Program-made: the position numbers and the translations under genes
The notes under the pieces: generated by a model
The model's database searches: none
Seen by the model: only the letters and a program-made list of their open reading frames with translations
What the model was told of the DNA's origin: nothing
NCBI RefSeq assembly: GCF_001194135.2
Contig: NC_068990.1
Location: 65,187,479 to 65,251,478, forward strand
Reading direction: 5' to 3'
Source: Octopus bimaculoides
Lineage: Eukaryota
Length of the DNA: 64,000 bases
Part shown: positions 23,935 through 38,074 of the stretch, in pieces
Position numbering within the stretch: position 1 is the first letter of the stretch
Layout of the letters: each line of letters starts with the position of its first letter

Positions 23935-25570
23935 ATGGCTAGTGCTCTGCCAGGTAGGGAAAAGAGAGAACCAAGGAAGATCATATTTTTCGAGATAAGT
24001 GGGAGTTGTATTTCTGCATAACTGTTAACTCAAAGATGCCCTGTTTAATTTGCAATAACTGCATTGCCACACCAAAGGAAGACAACTTGAAAAAACATTA
24101 CAAAAAAGATGAATCTTCCTGTGCTTAATACAAAGGTTCCATGTGTTTATAAAAACTATAAGAATTGAAGTTGAGTTTCAGTCAGCAATAAACTTATGTC
24201 ATAAAAATTTAAGAAGGAAACATAACCTCTGTTACTGCAAGTTATGAACTGAGTCAAATGTTCACTAGCAGTGGAAAATCCTACAGTGACAGATACACCA
24301 TAAAAAAAATGTCCTGTGAAAACAGTTTAAACTATTTGGACTGAGAAAGCAAAAGAATTCAAAGACATTTCTCTAAAAAGAAGTTCTGTGACAGTGAAGA
24401 TAGATGAAATACCAGATGAAAGCTGCATTGTCAAAGTTCACCAATTTTTTTTATTGCTGTTGATGACCCAGTTGACATCAGCAGTATAGCACAGCTTGCT
24501 ACTTTTATCAGTGCTTGTAAGGCTGATTTTAATATCTATGAAGTGTTGTTTGAAATGGTACCAATGCATGAAACTACAAGTCAGGACATTTTTGAAAAAG
24601 TGGAACAAGTTCTGCAGGAATATAATTTGAACTTGGCTAAGCTTGTCTATTCAGTTATTGATGGTTCTGTTAACATGGTTGGCACACATAACAATGTTGG
24701 TGTCCAGTTACGGACAGCGATAGAACCCCCTCCACTTTCCTCTCAAATTCATCATTTGTCCACTTCCATTGTATTATTCGTCAGCAAAACTTGTGTTCAA
24801 AGATTTATTCATGGTTGTGCATTGATACAGTGTCAACTCAACCAGTTGTTGGAAGATATGGGGAGTGATTTTACTGATGTTCCATACTACACTGAAGTAC
24901 ATGAGTTATCATGTCACAAAGTATTGAAAAGATACCATTTGATGGGAGAAGAAATTATTTTGTTTTTAGAGATGAAGTGCCAGAATACAGAGGAACTGAA
25001 GGAGGAAACATGGATTGAGGTTCTGATCTAAAATTGAAATTGCAAGGGAAAAACAAAATAACCACCCAGTTGTATGATGATATTTGGTGCTTTATCACAA
25101 AAATAAATTTGTAGAAGTCACAAGTGTCAAATGCAAATTTGGTTTATTTAACCACATGCAAAGAACTGAAGAACAAGACAATCTGAGATGAACTTTTCTA
25201 AAGATTTATTGATTTTTCAGCTGACGAAAATGAATGCTTTATTCACAGCACCTTTTTCTCCCTGATGCTGCCAAGGAAGATGAAAGTATACAGGTAGAAC
25301 TGTTAGAAATGCAGCCAGACTCTTTACTTAGAACCAAGTGTAATGAAATGGGATCATAGGATCTGCCTGAACAATTTGAGAAAATCAAGCAATTTGCCAC
25401 AAAGATTATGTGTGTGAACAGATGTTTTCCTTCATGAAAACAACAAAAACTTCTGAAAGGACCTAATTGACAGACAAACATTTGCCATCATTAATGAAAA
25501 TTGGTATTGCATGGACACATGATCCAGATATATGAAAATTAGTTACCAAAAAGTGATACCAAGCATCAGG
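23935..25570 (+). mobile_element. Decayed hAT transposase (Buster/SPIN, GTF2IRD2-like)
   Basis: IAVDDPVDISSIAQLATFI, MHETTSQDIFEKV, VIDGSVNMVG and EVHELSCHKVLKR match hAT-Buster motifs (DESTD..AQL, TTDGA..M.G, EVRWLS); many stops. Confidence 0.85.
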
Positions 25571-26305
25571 ACAGCAAAATTATAATCAACATTTACCAGT
25601 AAACTTGTACATCTTTTGAATAGTTACTGTTCAGTAATATAGTTTTTTGTGGTCGTTATAAAATTTGTCTGTACAAAATTATTCTGGCATCAGTTTTCAT
25701 CAAATGATGGAAATCTTTATTGTAGACACGTTTAAAAATCTGTGGTCCCCATGACAACTATGTCAACAATGTGGCCCAGAGACAGGTTTGACATACCTTG
25801 TTTAAAGAAGATAATATGAGTGGAGAGAAGAGAAAGATGGAGTGACAAGAAAGTGAAACAAAAACAACATATCATATATAGGGCTGTTTGCAAATCATTG
25901 TACACAAGAATATCCATCCTCCACAGCAGAAATGTTAAGGCCACTCCCCCTGATGAAGTGGATTGGCTCGCAAGAGTTCTGCATTGCAAAATGCACTCAT
26001 GCCAGTGCCATGTAAAAGCACCCAGCACACACTGTAAAGTGGTTGGCATTAGGAAGGGCATCCAACTGTGGAAACCAAGGCAAATCAAACTGGAACCTGG
26101 TGCAGCTCTCCAACCCATACCAACACAGAAAACAGACGTTAAAGAATGATGATGTCCTCACATTTCCAAATACAGATGTCATGAAATAAAATTAAGTTAG
26201 ATAGGTACACCAATGCACAATATACTTACACAAATATTTATAAAGAATATACCTACATGTCATCACTCGTGCATATATACATATATATATACATGCACAC
26301 ACATA

Positions 26306-26861
26306 CGAGTGTGAGCAAAAAGTAGGCATAAAGTTGGTTAATAAGTAGAATATTCTTTTCATTTCTCTATTTCTTTTTTAGGTAATCGATTCATAAGACG
26401 ACCAAGGGATCTGCGAGAGATGCCTAGTTCATTGGAAGCTCTCTTTTTTGATTTCTGGGGGCTCTGGGTAAATGCTTGAGCCACAAGAATTTTATTTTCT
26501 TCAGTGGTAACACTGACTGGTCGACCGCTTTTCTGCGCATTACAGACAGACCCAGTCTGCTCAAATTTATCACGTATTCTATATACTGTTAATCTTGATG
26601 GAGCTGGTCTTTGAAATTCTTCAGTCCATTTCTGTCTAACCATTTCTGCATTCCCGGTTTTCCAGTACTGTTTGAGGATCCATTTCCGTTCCTCATTGGT
26701 CAAATTTCCAGCCATATAATAAATATCTGAAATTAGAAATAATTATCTTATTATAGAAAGAATTAGTTAAAAAGAACACAGAATTTTTATCCTCAAAAAA
26801 GAAATAGAGAAATGAAAAGGACATTTCACTCATATTAAACAACTGTATACTTACTTCTGCC
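26306..26861 (-). mobile_element. Internally deleted rosa-like Tc1/mariner element with ~70-bp TIRs
   Basis: ORF MAGNLTNEERKWILKQYWK...SLGRLMNRL covers the DNA-binding region only. Inner TIR segments 26355-26379 and 26795-26819 are perfect inverted repeats; TA at both ends. Confidence 0.85.
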
Positions 26862-27605
26862 TATGTGTGTGTGTGTATATATATATATATAAAACATGCA
26901 ATTTTTCGGCAACTTGTATCCCCATGTCATACACTTAATTTGATACTTGTCAAACCCTACCCCCTAAGCCTCTTTCATATTTCTCTCCATCATTTCCTAG
27001 TCACCTCAATCCTACCCACTCACTCAGTCCAAACCTCTGTATCACCTCACCTATTTTCACAAACCCCAATGTCACATCACATCTTTGCCCTCATCTCTCC
27101 CATTAACACTCTCTAACTCACTCTCCTTTCTTTTCCAACTGGAGTATCTACGTACCTACTCTACAGCAAAATACCTATCTCTGTCCATCTATACCTTTAA
27201 TTTCTCAAATGGTACAGAATAACACCCACCTCAATATTACTTCCCCATTCCACTTAAGGTGTTTTTGTCTTGTAAAGTATTTGGTGACTCTGTTGATGAT
27301 GGCACCATGTAAAAAGCACTGGTGATGATGCCACATAAAAAGACACCTGGTACACTCTCTTAAGTGGGTGGAATTAGGAAGGGCATCCAGCTGTAGAAAC
27401 CATGTGAAAACAAAGGAACCTGGTGAGGCTCCCAGCTTTGTCAAATTGTCCAAGGCTGGGTGGAGGAGTTTGTCTCCCCCTCGTAAGGATAAGGGCACAG
27501 GAAATGTGTCAAGGCCTAATAGGAAGCAGTCTGGCTTCCTAGGGCTAAACAGCAGTAGTATATTCCCTTATTGGGACTGTCACGTTAAGTTGGCAGTATA
27601 CAACT

Positions 27606-27660
<55 letters not shown>

Positions 27661-27661
<1 letters not shown>

Positions 27662-27985
27662 TTTGGTGGACGTTGGAGTTAGGAGGCACCAACAAGATGA
27701 AATTTCTGTTTTGACGGATTTTTCGGTTTTCTTTTTTTCATGGTGTCCTTGGAAATAATCTGGAGCATCTTTTTTAAAAAAAATTTTTTTGAAAAATTGT
27801 TTCCTTCAGTCCACCCCATCCCTGCCGCCATTCTCCCCTCTCCGAACCAATTTTGTGGGCACTATACACTTAAAAACTATAGAAGTCTTTTCGGTATAAA
27901 AAAAAAAAAGGTAAATATTTTCAGGAGGGACTAAAGGGAGGTTTTGCTGTTGTTTCTAGCTTCCTAACTCCGACGTCCACCAATT
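27661..27985. mobile_element. ~325-bp MITE
   Basis: TIRs ttggtggacgttggagttaggaggc and gcttcctaactccgacgtccaccaa; superfamily not assignable. Confidence 0.8.
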
Positions 27986-28827
27986 ATTTAATATTATCTG
28001 GGTAAATAACCTTATAGCAAACTTTCCAAAGCTCCTCTATAGGTATCGACAATCAAATGCTATCATGCAGTAGGATTTCTCCTTTTACTGGATATATATA
28101 TGGATATGCGCAAAATTCATACAAGAGAATTTTAATACGGGAAGTGTTTTGTTTCTCACCGCACTTTAAAATGATGGGGGAAAACTTTCTATTAGTAAAA
28201 ACATTTTTGAAAATTTATGGTTTTTTAACCTCTCTCTCACACACACACCACACAGTCCTCACTATAGTGATTGCCATTACAAATCTCCCCCACTCCTTTT
28301 TTAAAACAAAAAAATTAAATGTCTTTTCTTTTCAACATCAACAAAAAAAAAAAAGGGTAAAAAAGTGAATTTAAAATCATTTGTTCCTATAAGTGATTTC
28401 TACAATTCTATAAAATTCGACCTTCGACTGTCTTCTTACATCTCACTTCCACAAAATATATCTACTTCCCAAACCTTTAAGCTTTATTCCTATTCACCTA
28501 TCGCTCTATATCTCTCCACTATTAGTTTTCTGCTAATTTCTTTCTTTCTCCTCCTCCTCTTTCTATAAAGTACCTTTGACATATCTACTAATGGTTTTTC
28601 TTTAAAAAAAACTTGCTAGCGTTCTCTTCATCATATACGCAGTCATCACATTCTGTTAAAATGTCTTATCGATGTGTTTGGTCTCTTTTTTTCCTTGATG
28701 AGAAGATTGCATTGTTTTACACCATTTTATTCCTTCAAGAATAATACTAATGTTTTCTTCAAAGCATATGTCAGAAGTAAAAAGATTTGAATAACACCTG
28801 CGTTTAACTCCATTTATATATATATAT

Positions 28828-29127
28828 ATTCGCCCTTTTAAAGCCTAGCCAGGCTCATGGGCCCGGTTACCCGGTTTTGTATGGCGTATGTATTCCCCCA
28901 GCAGGACGGGACGCCAGTCCATTGCAGCGTTACTCAAGAAACAGGAAGAAAGAGTGAGAGAAAGTTGGGGCGAAAGAGTACAACATGGGTCGCCACCACC
29001 CCCTACCGTAGCCTCGTGGAGCTTTTAGGTGTTTTCGCTCAACACGCACAACGCCCGATCTGGGAATCGAAACCGCGATCCTCCGACTGTGAGTCCGCTG
29101 CCCTAACCATTTGGGCCATTGCACCTC
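28828..29127 (-). mobile_element. Well-preserved tRNA-derived SINE with V-domain-like core
   Basis: A box TGGCCCAAATGG, B box GGTTTCGATTCC, core gctgcaatggactggcgtcccgtcc, and a 3' end running into (TA)n. Confidence 0.75.
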
Positions 29128-29139
29128 TTTCTCTCTCTT

Positions 29140-29184
<45 letters not shown>

Positions 29185-32100
29185 TGCTTTATATCATAGT
29201 GTGCTTGCATATTGACCTATATATGCTGATGCAAACAGGAAAAATAGAACCCAAAATATGAATATATGCATATTCTTTTATTAATATATATATACTGAAT
29301 ACTGTAATATGCTACCTGAAAATTGAAACGTTCATGGATAGAGATGACCTGCGTCATCACAGATTCCTTTATGCATAGCTGTCACCATTTTTACTTGTTC
29401 AGCCATTGCTAGGGATACGCCCTAAATGGTTTAGTCAAAAATGGCCACATATTTTCAAAACTGTTACTTATTTTATAGGTGTCTTTTGCCAAACCCTTAA
29501 AACCAACCAACACCAGTTGCCGAGCGGGGGAAGATGGGAACAAGTACAGAGACACGAACACACACGACGACCTTCCTTCAGTTCCTTCTCAAATTCACTC
29601 ACAAGCATTGGTAAGTTCAGAGATTACCTAAAGTATGGGGCAGTGAACTGGAGCGAAAAAAGCAAATTAAGACCTGAATAATAATAATAGATGGCGATGC
29701 TTTTGATCATGGGTATGCTGTATCAGAGCAGACCTGTGACTAAACAAGTAGCAACAGACTCGTCCCAGTCAAAGAGAAATAGTCAACGTGGTCATTCGAA
29801 TATGCTCTCTTTTCTATAGAAATAATGTATCCTTGAAGATAAACGTAATTCTGTTATTTACACAGATTATTACAAGTTTAGGCACTATCATGCTATTAGC
29901 TGTCAGAAGTGAAAGTGCTCACTGCCTGCTAGTGAAGTATCTATCTGTCTGCCTGCATGCCTGTTGCTGGCCTGTCGATTCTTTGGCTACTGACAGCTAA
30001 TACCATGACTGGCCGGAGCGAGCTATATGTCTGTCTGTCTCTCTATCTATCTATTACTCGAAAGTCAACTTACCTATATCAGCTGTAAACAGCAACTTTA
30101 AATTTTTCACCAAATTACCACAGAAATTACCTCGTAATAAGATTTGGAGTTTGAAGTTTTCATTAACTTCTCTCGACTTGAATGTACATGTGCTTCTTTA
30201 TTTTTAGCCATACCTTCGTATCGCGACACAGAAAAGGTGATCTTAAGTTTTCAGCTACGTTTTCCATATGTATTTGTGGTATGTGTGTGTATATATTCAT
30301 GGTACCACAATTGATATACGCACAATATATTTTTAAATATATATATAGTAAAGATTACGACGTGTTTGGATTTGCAGGCATTTCAACGCCCTTGAGCACC
30401 GGTACAAAACGAAAATGATGTCAGCCGGCAAGTTCAACGAAATACTAAAAAAAAAAAATGCAGGCATTAATGATTTCTAAAATATACATTTACGTAGAGG
30501 TGAGCACCGTTTATCAAAAAGTTAACTTCGTTAATCTTTAACCCGTTAATTTGGTACTATTCAAGAAGAGTGGTCCCGGTGCGTGCACTCGCGCATCCGC
30601 GCTAGCTAGTGGTGACTAGTCGATCCTACAACGACTATCTAGCGCGAATGCGCAAAACATGTATAAGGGTTTTTTTTTTAAACAAAGTAAATAATGTTTT
30701 TAAAACAAAGTAAATAAAACACAAATTCTTAAAACGTCGTTTTACGTTCTTCCAGGGTGTATTTTGGTGTCACATCTATTTCAGTAATCTTATTGTACGC
30801 ACACCAACAATCAGAATATATATATAAATAATTTTTTTAATAAGTGGTAGAAGAGTTTCAGATGAACCTGGTACTACTAAAGCATAGTGGTCCCGAACGC
30901 GCAGTCGTGCGTCCGCGCTAGCTAGTCGTGCGTCCGCGCTAGCTAGTCGTGAGTGGTCGATCCTACAAGTGCGTGCGCGAGCGAGCAAATGAATACATGT
31001 GTGCGCGTGCGCGCATATGCAAATTAGTAAATAATTTTTTTTAATTAAATTTTTTTTGGGATCCTTGGGGTTTGACGGGCAACATTTGTTTTCTTAACGA
31101 AACACTTTCAAACTTGGGACACTGCTAGAATGTGTCATATAAAACAACTTCTTCTCTTAACCTTCTTAACAAAATTTTGTACATCGCAAGTTATTTCATG
31201 TTAAAGTTGTCGTATTNNNNNNNNNNNNNNNNNNNNNNNNNNNNNNNNNNNNNNNNNNNNNNNNNNNNNNNNNNNNNNNNNNNNNNNNNNNNNNNNNNNN
31301 NNNNNNNNNNNNNNNNNNNNNNNNNNNNNNNNNNNNNNNNNNNNNNNNNNNNNNNNNNNNNNNNNNNNNNNNNNNNNNNNNNNNNNNNNNNNNNNNNNNN
31401 NNNNNNNNNNNNNNNNNNNNNNNNNNNNNNNNNNNNNNNNNNNNNNNNNNNNNNNNNNNNNNNNNNNNNNNNNNNNNNNNNNNNNNNNNNNNNNNNNNNN
31501 NNNNNNNNNNNNNNNNNNNNNNNNNNNNNNNNNNNNNNNNNNNNNNNNNNNNNNNNNNNNNNNNNNNNNNNNNNNNNNNNNNNNNNNNNNNNNNNNNNNN
31601 NNNNNNNNNNNNNNNNNNNNNNNNNNNNNNNNNNNNNNNNNNNNNNNNNNNNNNNNNNNNNNNNNNNNNNNNNNNNNNNNNNNNNNNNNNNNNNNNNNNN
31701 NNNNNNNNNNNNNNNNNNNNNNNNNNNNNNNNNNNNNNNNNNNNNNNNNNNNNNNNNNNNNNNNNNNNNNNNNNNNNNNNNNNNNNNNNNNNNNNNNNNN
31801 NNNNNNNNNNNNNNNNNNNNNNNNNNNNNNNNNNNNNNNNNNNNNNNNNNNNNNNNNNNNNNNNNNNNNNNNNNNNNNNNNNNNNNNNNNNNNNNNNNNN
31901 NNNNNNNNNNNNNNNNNNNNNNNNNNNNNNNNNNNNNNNNNNNNNNNNNNNNNNNNNNNNNNNNNNNNNNNNNNNNNNNNNNNNNNNNNNNNNNNNNNNN
32001 NNNNNNNNNNNNNNNNNNNNNNNNNNNNNNNNNNNNNNNNNNNNNNNNNNNNNNNNNNNNNNNNNNNNNNNNNNNNNNNNNNNNNNNNNNNNNNNNNNNN

Positions 32101-34476
32101 NNNNNNNNNNNNNNNNNNNNNNNNNNNNNNNNNNNNNNNNNNNNNNNNNNNNNNNNNNNNNNNNNNNNNNNNNNNNNNNNNNNNNNNNNNNNNNNNNNNN
32201 NNNNNNNNNNNNNNNNGATCGAAGAATTAAATCAAACGAAGGGAAACAACTTTTACAAAAAGCGACCAGGTATGATAAATATTGACGTCTTTTTCTATTC
32301 AGACAACTGGGTTGTTTTTATTTGAAAACCGTAAGTTAACAGATTTACTTCAAAACTCTGTGTGAATTATAGAGTTATGTTCCCCTCCAAGGATAAGGTA
32401 TTTAAGCAGATATGAAAACAACTACATTCCAGTTTCAAGTATGTACCACCGTGTTATAAACTTGAAAATAAAAGAGAGAAGTAAAAATTATGTTAATAAA
32501 TAAGGACGAAGCTTTGAGAAAAGGTAGTAATACTAAAGAAATGAGTAAGATAAATGGATCTATAATAATTTTATATTTTACAATGCAAAAAGATATTTCT
32601 TCGTCCTAATTTTTACGTAAAGGATGGAACTTTCAAACTAAGAATGTTGATTTATAATTTTTTTTAATTCAGGGTGAACTATTTCATGAGATATAAAGAA
32701 TATATTTATTCTTGCGCGAAGACAGGTGCGTCGATTGTTCTATGGGAGTGGATTTTACTAAAGTCTATATGATAATTTCGGCTCTAGCCGAGTCGCTTTT
32801 CGTTTGATATTTAATTTTAGTTTCTTACTCTTCGGCTTTTTGTCACTCGACCTGTTAGGAATAACAGTAAAAGACCTCCTCAACATATAGTAAAAATTAG
32901 ATCATCTACCCCACTTTTTTTAATTGACTATAATTTCGTGTAAAGATCTCTTTCGAATGTTAGTTTTATAATTCATCGTTGAATATTTGTTGCAGATTTC
33001 ATCTAGTTCTGTAGTATTGTGCTTTTCGTTGAATTTCCCTCCACAATTTTCACATGAGAATCTCAAGCATTGCAACACTATATCTTTCTGCACCCAGAAA
33101 CATGCACCAATTGAAACAGGTATCTCTGGTTGAATACTTGTTTGCTTAGGAACCTCCTCACTTTCGGTATTTCTTCCTCTAAAATGATTTTTTATTTGTA
33201 GCTACTGTATGTAGGTGTTGAAGCGAAAGTCTGAAAAACTGGAATTCTTTCGCTGAAAAGCAAATCTGTCAGATGTTGTACGAAATAGTTTGACAACCAA
33301 TGTTATTATTTTCCTGAATTATCCTATAGGAGCAAAAGGGCGGGGTAATGATTTTTACTAAAAGTTGTTTCGAGTTATTAATTGAATCTCATAGAATTTA
33401 ACTTTGACCTTATGAGGTCGTATTACGTAAATTGCTATCATACTATATTGATATATATTATAAATATATTAAATTATTCACTCGATATTTTACGTCTCTA
33501 AGCTATCAATAATCCATCAATGTTGAATGTCTGTGTAATACCTGTTATGAACGCGTTGTGTTATATAATAGTTTAAATCAAGAGAAGCTATGGAGTATGA
33601 GTACGCTGTTTTTAGGGGAAAAATGGATTTTAATGAGAGTTGTCTTCCTTTGTATAATTGTGCAATTATTAGTGGTTCTATTTCATTTTTGGATTTGGTT
33701 TGCAAGATTTTTTATGTGATTTCGTGTGTTGAAGCATATTCTGTTGTGTCTGGGGAGAGTCATTTTCTTATTGTGCCTTAAAATTTAACAATACTCACTG
33801 GTAAAATTTCCACTTATTTTCATTTTTATTTTCCTGAAATTCTCGTTGCGTCTTGCAACCTTAACAATAGTCTTGACTGTCCGTTATTTACGCTGCGTTC
33901 TCTTTTGTTTTTGTTTGTTTTTGCGCATGTGTGTGTCTCAGTGTGTGTGTATGTATGTATGCATGCAAATTCTGCTGAAGTCAACTTTGCCTTCCATCCT
34001 TTTGGGGGCGGTATAATTAACTTTTAATCTCTCCTGGGTAAGAGTATAAAAAGTGCATCCCTTTGTCATGCCAGTGTTGCATAGTAGGTTCATTAAACCA
34101 TAAGTATGGTCTTAAGCTCAAATTTACGGCCTCCTCATCAGACTATAGTTGGTGGAAGGAACATGCTGAGAATTTCAATCTGTAGTGGACTAAACATATA
34201 CAATCCAATATGTATATATTTATCTTTTATACTTGTTTCGGTCAACCATGAGCGTTTCTAGTTGAATAAATCGACACCAGTACTTACTCCTGTTTTATAT
34301 ATATAATGCACACACACTCAAATACTTTGAACACAGATGGAAACATTTGATAAGTTCATTTGTAAAAATTTACATCTACAAATTATCAATATAGAAATTA
34401 TACTGTAAAATTTCTACTGGCAAATCATGGCTTTAAGTATCCTTGATATCTCATGCTGTTTTCTCTCACATTTCAG

Positions 34477-34862
34477 AATATCAGAAGTCATTGGAATTGG
34501 AGAAGTTTTCACCTTAGATGCATCATCAATATTTATCATCTTTTCAAGACTAAAGGAAGTTGTTATTCTGAACAGATATAATCTTATTGATATAATCTAT
34601 GCAGAATGATTGAAATATTTCTTCTAAACTGAGGTTTTTGTTCCACACTATTTGGGACATGTATAAAATGATTTTGCTCTCTAATTAAACTTGGAAATAT
34701 TTACAAAGGAGTATGCCACATCTCCAGATATTCACAAAGTTCATGATTGGTGGAAATACAGCAATAAAAATATTTCGAAAGACAAAGAATATTCTATACA
34801 TTGTGGTGAATTGTAAGGAAATTATGTGTAAAACTTAAAGGATCGATTTCTTTCCTGAAGAG
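34477..34862 (+). other. Non-coding 5' part of the zinc-finger coding exon (homologous in all three paralogs)
   Basis: Acceptor tttcag|aatatc at 34477, cf. tttcag|gatatt at 49769 (-) and tttcag|aatatc at 57917. Shared motifs such as ctaattaaactt and cagatattcaca; stops in all frames tried. Confidence 0.6.
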
Positions 34863-36098
34863 ATGCCAAAAGAGATAGGAAAATCCTCATACCACTGTGA
34901 CATCTGTAAAAAGGTATTCTCTGGTAAAAGTAACTTAACTGCTCACAAACGTATTCATACAGGAGAGAAGCCATATCACTGTGATATCTGTGGTAAATCA
35001 TTCTCTCAGATAAACTCTTTAACTACTCACAAATATATTCATACAGGAGAGAAACCTTACCATTGTGATATTTGCGGCAAATCATTTTCTCACAAAGGTA
35101 ACCTTGTCATTCACAAACATATTCACACGGGAGAGAAGCCATATCCCTGTGATATTTGTGGTAAATCATTCTCTGTAAATGGGAACCTAATTACTCACAA
35201 ACGCATTCATACAGGAGAGAAACCATATCACTGTGATATCTGTGGTAAATCTTTCTCTCATGGAAATACCTTAACTACTCACAAACACATCCATACAGGA
35301 GAAAAACCATATCATTGCGATATCTGTGGTAAATCTTTCTCTCATGGAAATACCTTAACTACTCACAAACATATTCATACAGGAGAGAAACCATATCATT
35401 GTGATATCTGTGGTAAATCATTCTCCCGGGGTGATAGTTTAACTACTCACAAACGCATACATACAAAGGAGAAGCCATATCACTGTGAGATCTGTGATAA
35501 GACATTCTCTCAAAGTGGTGTTTTAAATATTCACAAACGTAGTCATACAAAAGAGAAACCATATCACTGTGATATCTGCGGCAAGTCATTCTCTCAAACT
35601 GGTGTCTTAACCACTCATAAACGCATTCACACTGGTGAGAAGCCATATCACTGTGACATCTGTGGTAAATCATTCTCTGGAAGTAGTGACTTAACCACTC
35701 ACAAGCGTATTCATACTGGAGAGAAACCATATCACTGTGATATTTGTGATAAATCATTCTCTCAAATAAATCACTTAACTAAACACAAACGTATTCACAC
35801 AGGAGAGACACCATATCACTGTGACATTTGTGGAAGAACATTCTCTGAAACTAGTCACTTAACTGCTCATAGACGTATTCATACAGGAGAGAAACCATAT
35901 TACTGTGATATTTGTGGTGTATCATTCTCTGTGAACTGTAACTTAATGAAACACAAACGCATTCATACAGGGGAGAAGCCATATCACTGTGATGTATGTG
36001 ATAAATCATTCTCTCATGGAAATACCTTAACTACACACAGATGTATTCATAGAGGAGAAAAGGCAAATCGCTATTATATCTGTAGTAAATCATTCTGA
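34863..36098 (+). CDS. C2H2 zinc-finger protein, 411 aa, 14 tandem fingers, no effector domain seen
   Basis: Uninterrupted ORF of CxxC-12-HxxxH repeats with TGEKPY linkers; degenerate finger sequence continues past the stop to ~36230. Confidence 0.95.
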   Translation: MPKEIGKSSYHCDICKKVFSGKSNLTAHKRIHTGEKPYHCDICGKSFSQINSLTTHKYIHTGEKPYHCDICGKSFSHKGNLVIHKHIHTGEKPYPCDICGKSFSVNGNLITHKRIHTGEKPYHCDICGKSFSHGNTLTTHKHIHTGEKPYHCDICGKSFSHGNTLTTHKHIHTGEKPYHCDICGKSFSRGDSLTTHKRIHTKEKPYHCEICDKTFSQSGVLNIHKRSHTKEKPYHCDICGKSFSQTGVLTTHKRIHTGEKPYHCDICGKSFSGSSDLTTHKRIHTGEKPYHCDICDKSFSQINHLTKHKRIHTGETPYHCDICGRTFSETSHLTAHRRIHTGEKPYYCDICGVSFSVNCNLMKHKRIHTGEKPYHCDVCDKSFSHGNTLTTHRCIHRGEKANRYYICSKSF

Positions 36099-36425
36099 CA
36101 GTGTTGAATTAACTTACCATCTATTCTTACAGGAGAGGAATCATATCACTGATTTTTGTGGTAAATCATTCTCTGTGAAATGTCACTTAATTAGACATCT
36201 ATGTATTCATACACTTGACTAACTGTATCAATTTTAAAATTCATTTTGTGGTAAATACATTGCAGTAAGTATACTACTTAATTTTCGATGATCAGAAAAA
36301 TTTTTCTGTTTCTCATCAACATAATTAATAATTTTATGAATATTGCTACTTTTGTGTGGGGTAATATAGTAATTTTATCAACATACAGCAGGTCCCCAAG
36401 GATCGCAGATGAGAAAATTATCAAT

Positions 36426-37110
36426 CATCATCATCGTTTAACGTCCGCTTTCCATGCTAGCATGGGTTGGACGATTTGACTGAGGACTGGTGAAACCGGA
36501 TGGCAACACCAGGCTCCAGTCTAATCTGGCAGAGTTTCTACAGCTGGATGCCCTTCCTAACGCCAACCACTCAGAGAGTGTAGTGGGTGCTTTTACGTGT
36601 CACCCGCACGAAAACGGCCACGCTCGAAATGGTGTCTTTNNNNNNNNNNNNNNNNNNNNNNNNNNNNNNNNNNNNNNNNNNNNNNNNNNNNNNNNNNNNN
36701 NNNNNNNNNNNNNNNNNNNNNNNNNNNNNNNNNNNNNNNNNNNNNNNNNNNNNNNNNNNNNNNNNNNNNNNNNNNNNNNNNNNNNNNNNNNNNNNNNNNN
36801 NNNNNNNNNNNNNNNNNNNNNNNNNNNNNNNNNNNNNNNNNNNNNNNNNNNNNNNNNNNNNNNNNNNNNNNNNNNNNNNNNNNNNNNNNNNNNNNNNNNN
36901 NNNNNNNNNNNNNNNNNNNNNNNNNNNNNNNNNNNNNNNNNNNNNNNNNNNNNNNNNNNNNNNNNNNNNNNNNNNNNNNNNNNNNNNNNNNNNNNNNNNN
37001 NNNNNNNNNNNNNNNNNNNNNNNNNNNNNNNNNNNNNNNNNNNNNNNNNNNNNNNNNNNNNNNNNNNNNNNNNNNNNNNNNNNNNNNNNNNNNNNNNNCG
37101 AAGGTCTTGC
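36426..37110 (-). mobile_element. Young RTE-type LINE 3' end spanning a gap
   Basis: ~205 bp before the gap match the copy at 45191-45411 with one mismatch seen; cgaaggtcttgc after the gap matches 45729. Confidence 0.9.
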
Positions 37111-38074
37111 AGACCATAAGATATTCATAAAAATCAATATTGAGACATAGTGTGTAAGGTGTGAAGTTTTCAGTTTTTATTGGAAATCACTTCCAACAAA
37201 CTGGCAAACATCCATTTAGTATGTTGCAAGTTACAAAAAAAAAAAAAGAAAAATTTATGAGAAGCTGCTATAAGAATCATAAAAACACTTAAGGCAAGAC
37301 TTAAGAGAATGAAGATCATATTTATCTGGGAAACAAGACAGTGAATGAGCATTTTACAAGGCAGAGACTGAAGGAAAGAAACTAATATACTACTTACTGT
37401 TTTTTTTTTTATTATTTTACTCATAAAATTTATTGAACAAATTCTATTTATGCATTTTTACTCATTGATACAACTAATAAATTACTTCACAGTATTCACA
37501 AAATTACTAAATATACTAATGAAAATGAAAAATAATTTTTTCTTAATGAAAATAAAGTTGTACACATTACTCTCCTGTATTTACTATCACTGAAAATTCA
37601 TTCCACAAAGAAATTATCTAGCAATAAATATATTCACACAGTAAAGAAGATATGTTACTCAACCTACCAACAACTTACCACTGTGATATTTTTAATAAAA
37701 ATATTCCTAAGAGATGACTGAAAGACTTGGCATCAACAAGGGCATCTAATAGTAAACAATGGCTCAAAAATTGCTGTCTGATCCATGTCAACATAGAAAA
37801 GCACATGTAAAAGCAGTGAAGATAATGAGCTCATTTAACATATTTGCAGAAAGATGTACAACATATAAAGCATTGGTGTTGGTGCTACATAAAAAGCACC
37901 CAGTACAGTCTATAAAGTGGTTGGCATGAGGAAAGACATGTCTGTAGAAACCATACCAAAACAAACAATTGGTGCCTGGTGCAGCTCTTTGACTTGCCAA
38001 CCTCTGTCCAACCATCCAACCCATGCCAGCATGGAAAACAGATGTTAAATGGTGATGATTCTGGTTAAATTTCT

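Noticed and set aside
29040-29127. tRNA-like sequence with A and B boxes
   Set aside because: The stems do not close into a cloverleaf and it continues into a SINE body; it is a SINE head, not a tRNA gene.
31132-32325. Long ORFs made of X (also 10866-11154, 36490-37150, 39505-40110, 45262-45848, 55842-56350)
   Set aside because: They are open only because they cross N gaps.
35443-35757. Antisense or off-frame repetitive ORFs in ZNF genes (also 49082-49312)
   Set aside because: Shadow frames of the 84-bp finger periodicity.
34940-36060. Regular 84-bp repeats as a CRISPR-like array
   Set aside because: These are in-frame C2H2 coding repeats in a eukaryotic context; no repeat-spacer structure or cas genes.
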